A DNA stretch of 64,000 nt, taken from Diplonema japonicum (Eukaryota; Protista; Euglenozoa: Diplonemea). Position 1 is the stretch's first letter. Every line of letters starts with the position of its first letter. The stretch covers positions 434,001 to 498,000 of the forward strand of contig OZ025687.1 in the NCBI GenBank assembly GCA_964019335.1, read 5' to 3'. Below, in pieces: positions 58,478 through 64,000 of this stretch. Position numbers and translations under genes: made by a program. The notes beneath the pieces were generated by a model. It was not told the DNA's origin. It saw nothing but the letters and a program-made list of their open reading frames with translations, and did no database searches.

Positions 58478-61400
58478 ATGAGGCCAAAATTAAAGGCGGA
58501 TGAAGTGGAGAGGTTGAAACTGCAATTCTCTCAGGTGGATCGTAATAAGGACAAGAAGATCGATTTGGAGGAGTTCAAGGAGTTTTTAAAGGAAACGTTC
58601 CCGCATGCAACGAACAAGGATCTTGAAGAGATGGTGCCGAAGAAGCTGGGTGACGGAGACGAAGACAGATTCGACTTCGATCAATACCTGGAATTCATGT
58701 CGCAAGATCTCAGCATGCGTTTCGACGTAAAGTTCATTAGACACCAAGCAAGAACCTGGGACGACAAACTGGGCTTTGTAAAGTACATCCCATTCCTCGC
58801 ACTATTTATTTTCTTCCTAGTCACGGGGAAGGGCTTAGGGTCGTCCTACTGGATGCAAAAAGCGGTAATGGAACATCTTGAAGGCGACGAATTTCGCAAC
58901 ACCGACGACCTTCGTTACTTCAAGGCGTACCAAGATATCGGAGAGTTAGAAGAATTCTGGGACTGGAACGACTGGCCGATGATCAACACAATGTGGCCCC
59001 CTATAGAACCGGGTGAATCCGCGGAACCAGGATCCGCTCCGATCGATTTAGTGAATTTTCCCATCGGCGCGTTAAAAATACGACAGATTCGTGTTGCCCC
59101 CGAACCTTGCAACGAGGCAACCATCAATATTTTAAACGCGGAGGCAAATGTGATTTCTTTGTCCGATCGGGAAGCCCGGAAGAGGGACTACCGTATCTTC
59201 TGCTACCCGGAGATCACAAGCGGTTCAACTGATAAACAAAACTACCCCGTGCAAACATATCGTGTTGTGAATTCGTTCGGCGTGACAGTAGATGATGTCA
59301 TCCGCCTTGATAAATCCCATGTTGCGGACCCTTGGGAGCGCGACGTTCTCTTTGAGGCGTACCGTTACAGAGAAGCTTCCGAACTGAACGGAACTGCGGC
59401 GAATATTTTTCTGGGAAAGGCAACTGCGTACCTTGCTGACGGGTACGCGATGGTAGTACCGTTCTCTGCAGGGAGGGACGAGGTGGAAAAGATCTTTTCA
59501 ACGCTTCAAAACGGGATCACAGTAGGCGGATGGACTGACCCGGAAACAGGAAAAGCAGCACCACCCCGACAAATCCCGTGGATCGATCACGCGACACGTG
59601 GGATAAGCGTTGAGTTCATCACGTACAACCAGAACCTCGATCTTGTCGCTCGGTTCCAACAATTCGTCGAAGTCACCGCTGCCGGGCTGCTTGTACCTCT
59701 ACATTACACGACAACGTTTCCATTCTTCAACCTCAGCAGGCATGGTGCTGGGTATTTCTTCCTTGTCGTGATCTTCCTGCTTATGATACTTGCGGAATGC
59801 TACTCTTGGATCCGCCATGTCAGCACCAGCCGACGCAGGTACGTCATGGATTCTGGGAAATCTGGTATTGCAGCGCACCTTACTGGTATCTTTGCGGCGC
59901 TCACCTCCGATTTTTGGGTGTTGTTCGACTTTGTCAACCTTTCGCTTTTTCTCGTCGCCTGGGCGATACGGTTTTATTGGATGTCGTTGTCCTTCACCTC
60001 GACATCGGTTCTCACGCTAGACTGGTACCCCAAGGACTGGGAGACCGTCGGGGAGCTTGTCGTCATCCTGTCCCACATCGATGCTGTTAATGCGTTGCTC
60101 ACCTTCTTGAAGGTTTTTTATTTCCTTCGCTTGAACAGCCAGCTCAACCTTCTCACCAAAACCATCGGCATGGCCAAGGCGGAGCTCATGGGAATCGTCT
60201 TCATCTTCCTCATCGTTTTCATCGGCTTTGCCCTCATGGCATTCGTTGCATTCGGGACGATTTTGCAGGGTTACCGGGACTTCTCCACAACCGTTTCAAG
60301 TCTGCTCCGAATGCTGTTGGGCGACTTCGACTACCACGAGCTCAAGGAGCAGCGCAGGGTCTTTGCGCCTATCCTTTTCACCGTTTTCAACATCCTCGCC
60401 AATTTCCTCCTCCTCAACATGGTTATCGCTGTTCTTAACCAGGCCTTTGCGGAAGTTCAGAAAGGGAAGTACCAACCAGGGAAGGTGTTGGTTCTCTTTG
60501 AGGCCTTGAACGAGGACGTGATGCCCGACGATCCGTTCGTAGAGAAGATGATAAAGAGGCAGAAGGGTATACAAGCGTGGATACGTGGGACGGCAATGTG
60601 GAGAGAACTGGTGTATGGTTGCAATCTCGCAAACTTGTATACAAAGTCGAAGAGCGAGCTGCCTGGCGGGGAGGATGAGTGGAACGCAAAGCTACGAGAG
60701 GCGGGAGAGTACAACCCGAGAACCTACTGGCGCATGCAGGAGGATATGATGTTCTACCAGAAGAGGTCACTGTCGTTCGAGGACAAGCTAAAGGTGAACC
60801 CGATGCCTTTGAAGTTCCACCTTCTTGACGAGTTCGGCGCCGACCTAAAAGAGGTCATCGACCTCAACCAGACGAAGCACTCCCTTGACAACGTAGACCT
60901 TGCTAAACACGACCTCGTCGTGTCACCTTCCTACTGCACAGGGGTGGATCCCAAGGACGCTCTGCTGGAGCTCATGGACTTCTTCCACACATGGAAGGCA
61001 AGCAACGCATCTAACTACGCGTTTATTGAGAACGATGACGAAGGTGAAGGCAGCGTGCAGTATGAAGACGAAGAGAGCGCAGGGATCGCGATCAGGGGCT
61101 CCGAACGTGTCGAGGAAATCATCGACAACCAGACACGAGAGTGGAGAGACGAGTGGCAAGACAACAAGAAAAAACAGGAAGATGAGGAGGACAACAGTGG
61201 CTACGAGAGGATCCGCAGACAAGCGGAGAAGGAAGAGTTTGAAAGAGTTTTCGAGAGGATACAGCTCGACGAGCAGACGCAGCACATTGAGAACCTGCAG
61301 CACCACCTTGACGACATGCACTCTGCGGTGACGGGCAAGGTTCAGGGCGGCTCGCTGCGAGTTGACGCGAAGGACGTCCTGATCCCCACGAACATCACCA

Positions 61401-64000
61401 TCGAGAACTGTGAGAGCAAAGAAGGGCCCAACGCCAATGGTGTGTACACGAAGAAGGGATTGCACAACGGAAAACCGTATTGGAAAAAGCTTGCTGTCGG
61501 AGATGAAATAGACCACAACTTGTGCATCATGTGGGGGGACGGGAAGTGGTGGGTAGGCAAGCCGAGGAGGTACGCTTACGACCGTGTCTGTGTGCCCAGC
61601 CTCCTGTCATGGGAAGACACCGAAACCCTCCTTCCGCCGATGGGGACAGGCGGCGACGACGCTGTGATGGAGAGCACGTGGGAAACAGTGATGGACGGCG
61701 GCATCGGCGACCCTCCTGTGCTGGACTACGACGTCAACGCAGAGGCTAACGCCAACACTGAGACGGTGATGGAGATCCGTGTGAAGAACTCGACAACGCA
61801 CCAGGTGAACGGGGTGTACACACACAGCGGGTCCGAGAACGGGAAGCCGTTCTGGAGGAAGAGGTATCAGCCGATCGTGAGGTACTTCAAAGTGGAGCCG
61901 TTCCCCACCGAACCCGAGAGGACGTCCAAGATGAGGGCAAAACTGCGTGCCATCCGTGACGACCTTGCTGCGGAGTTTAACGTGACGTTGCGTGTGCCAG
62001 GTGAGCCAGCAGCACCTGACAGGAGGATGCAACTAGAGGGCGACTGGCACATGTGCAACCTGGCCCGAGAGGAGGTCATGGTTGCTGCACGCGAGGTGGC
62101 CAACGCCCTCGACATCGAAGCTGAGGACGACGAGCTGCTGCCTGAAGTATTCATTGCCGACGGACAAGAAGTCAACGAGGCTACCAGATTGAAGAAGGTG
62201 GAAGCCATCAAACCCCCTTGCACCGACCCGCAGGAGTGGGAACAAACCGGGACAGGCTACGACCTGGACCTCATGTGGAAGGAAGGAAAATGGGTGATCA
62301 ACAGAGTATGCCCCTTGTTAATTGTTTTCCTTTAAACCATTCACAGCGCCTTGCGGAGTCTTCGAAGGGTTACATTGGTTTCCACGAAAAGCATCCTTCG
62401 GTGTCGCTGCTCATGACGGTGCAGACCTTGCCAGGGAAGTCCTTTGCCGAGAGCAAAGAACACTGGGAAACAGTTGTGGGTTCGATCCCGAAACTGATGG
62501 CTCGTTACGCGGTATGCTTTTGTGAATCAATGTCTATTGCATCGCAGAGGGAGAAACCGGATCTTCTTCAGTCTGGGAAATCCCTGAACGAAGACGGCGC
62601 AGAAACCATCGGGCAGGAGGATGAGGTCCATCTTACTGTGAGATCCAGGAAGCCTCCTAAGGAAGAAGCGGACCCTACAAAAGCACCGCAAGAAGAGTTC
62701 TTCGAAGAGGGGGTGTCATACTACCGGGAGAGGACCCGTACGAACGCAGGGCGCGATGCCATGCTCATGGGAATGGTATTTGAGGACAGATTCCCAACCC
62801 TCGGCACAACAGCCGAGGTTCTCATTCCTTCGGGCAGGCTCAAGGGCACATGGCTGCAGTGCACTGTGATGGACGAACCTGACACTTCAGCACACTCTAA
62901 GTACAGAGTGAGCGTGGATATGGAGTCCAGTCTGCAGAGCAGCAACCTTGTAATCCACAAGGAGTACTTGATGGACTACTTGCAAAAGTCGGGGAAAAAG
63001 AATGTGACCCGCTCCTTGAACGTCCCGAAGGAATCGATCCGCAAGAGGAGCGGTCAGGACGCCGAGTCGTGGGTGAGCAGGTTCGTTTCGTGGGTGAACA
63101 ACCCGAACCATGAAATCCATAAAGGTATGCACTGTGCTGCGTTAGCCTCACAACATAATAGAGTTCCCTGGGCTCTTGTCAACAAGGAAGGTGTTAAACC
63201 CCAGTCCGCAGTCACTGTACTTCTACGAGGACCCCGACACGAGGTATGCGACAAGAGACAGCAGCAGCAACCGCCGCAGGTACCACCCTCCTCTGTTTGG
63301 CACCACTTGGTTGTCGACCCACGGAGAGGAGAGCAATGTGAACTTGACAGGAACGACCAGAGTCTTCCTCAAGAAGGTATGCATGGTGGCTCAAGTTCAC
63401 ACACACGTACAGGACGGGCTAGGCGGGCTCAACACCGACCCCATGTACCTTGCAGTGCACCATGCGTACATGATCGGTGAGTGGGAGCTGGAGGAAGGCA
63501 GATCAGAAATTTACCACGGGACCAACACTGATGAGCTGCAAGCAACAGGCGACATGCTATCGGCGCCCTATACCATCTGGGGTGTTGTAGTCGGCGACTG
63601 GGTGCAGAAGTACAACGCGCAGGAAGGTCTGCCCCTGGGGCAGTGGGTCAAGAGAGAAGACTGGACGTTGAAGCAGCAAAAGACAAGCGAGCAATGGGCA
63701 CGCGACTTCCGAGACGAGAACTCCCTCTACGTGTGCGTGCACAAGTGGAAGAACGAGGCCGCGATATGGGAACTGGAACGTGCACCGGAGAGGGGCACGA
63801 AAATGTACCTACGCAAGGCAGCTGTTGACCATTACGAAGAGGAGACGGAGGGATTGAAGCAGTGCATGATCGCAACGAACTACCCCCTGTCGTACAAGGG
63901 CGACGGGAAGAAGCGCTACCTGTCGGCGTTCGAGTCGGACAAGAGACACACCGACAATCAGAGGAAGGGGAGAAAGTCGTACTTCCAAGGCATGGAGGAG
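58478..64000 (+). CDS. Polycystin-2 (TRPP/PKD2)-like cation channel with N-terminal EF-hands and very long C-terminus; runs off the window end
   Basis: EF-hand DRNKDKKIDLEEF; IGALKIRQIRV, WIDHATRGISVEFITYNQN, LLRMLLGDFDY and LLNMVIAVLN. Predicted introns at 62306-62346, 62512-62547 and three more near 63125, 63244 and 63378; the frame stays open to 64000. Confidence 0.88.

Overview
Gene-dense eukaryotic nuclear DNA, most consistent with a euglenozoan such as a diplonemid (inference). About 20 protein genes from 4171 to the window end all lie on the + strand and carry short GT-AG introns of about 35-65 nt, many filled with poly(A). The spacers are dominated by homopolymer runs. The genes encode two tandem ubiquitin-like-domain proteins, an MhpD/FAH-family hydratase ending in SKL after splicing, a cNMP-binding protein, an SCP/NIF phosphatase, a RING-H2 protein, CFAP96, a Dispatched/Patched-like RND protein, a RalGAP-beta-like protein, a nuclear mitoribosomal uS12, an NDUFB11/ESSS-like protein, a PDZ membrane protein, an R-S-E ADP-ribosyltransferase, a PAS/pseudo-histidine-kinase/MAPKKK hybrid, a cyclophilin, an ABC_ATPase (MRB1590-like), an ELAPOR-like receptor and an EF-hand polycystin-2-like channel. 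Mobile DNA includes a 5'-truncated APE-RT non-LTR retrotransposon set in an array of four 65-nt structured repeats, a ~655-bp retroposon palindrome, a deleted piggyBac and several MITEs, two of which carry tRNA-like boxes. The two most striking observations are a complete hammerhead-ribozyme core with its three strands in non-circularly permuted order at 10322-10373, and the repeat array around the retrotransposon, which appears to sit inside a ~4.9-kb intron. Protein identities come from motif recognition by eye and exon structures are manual predictions.
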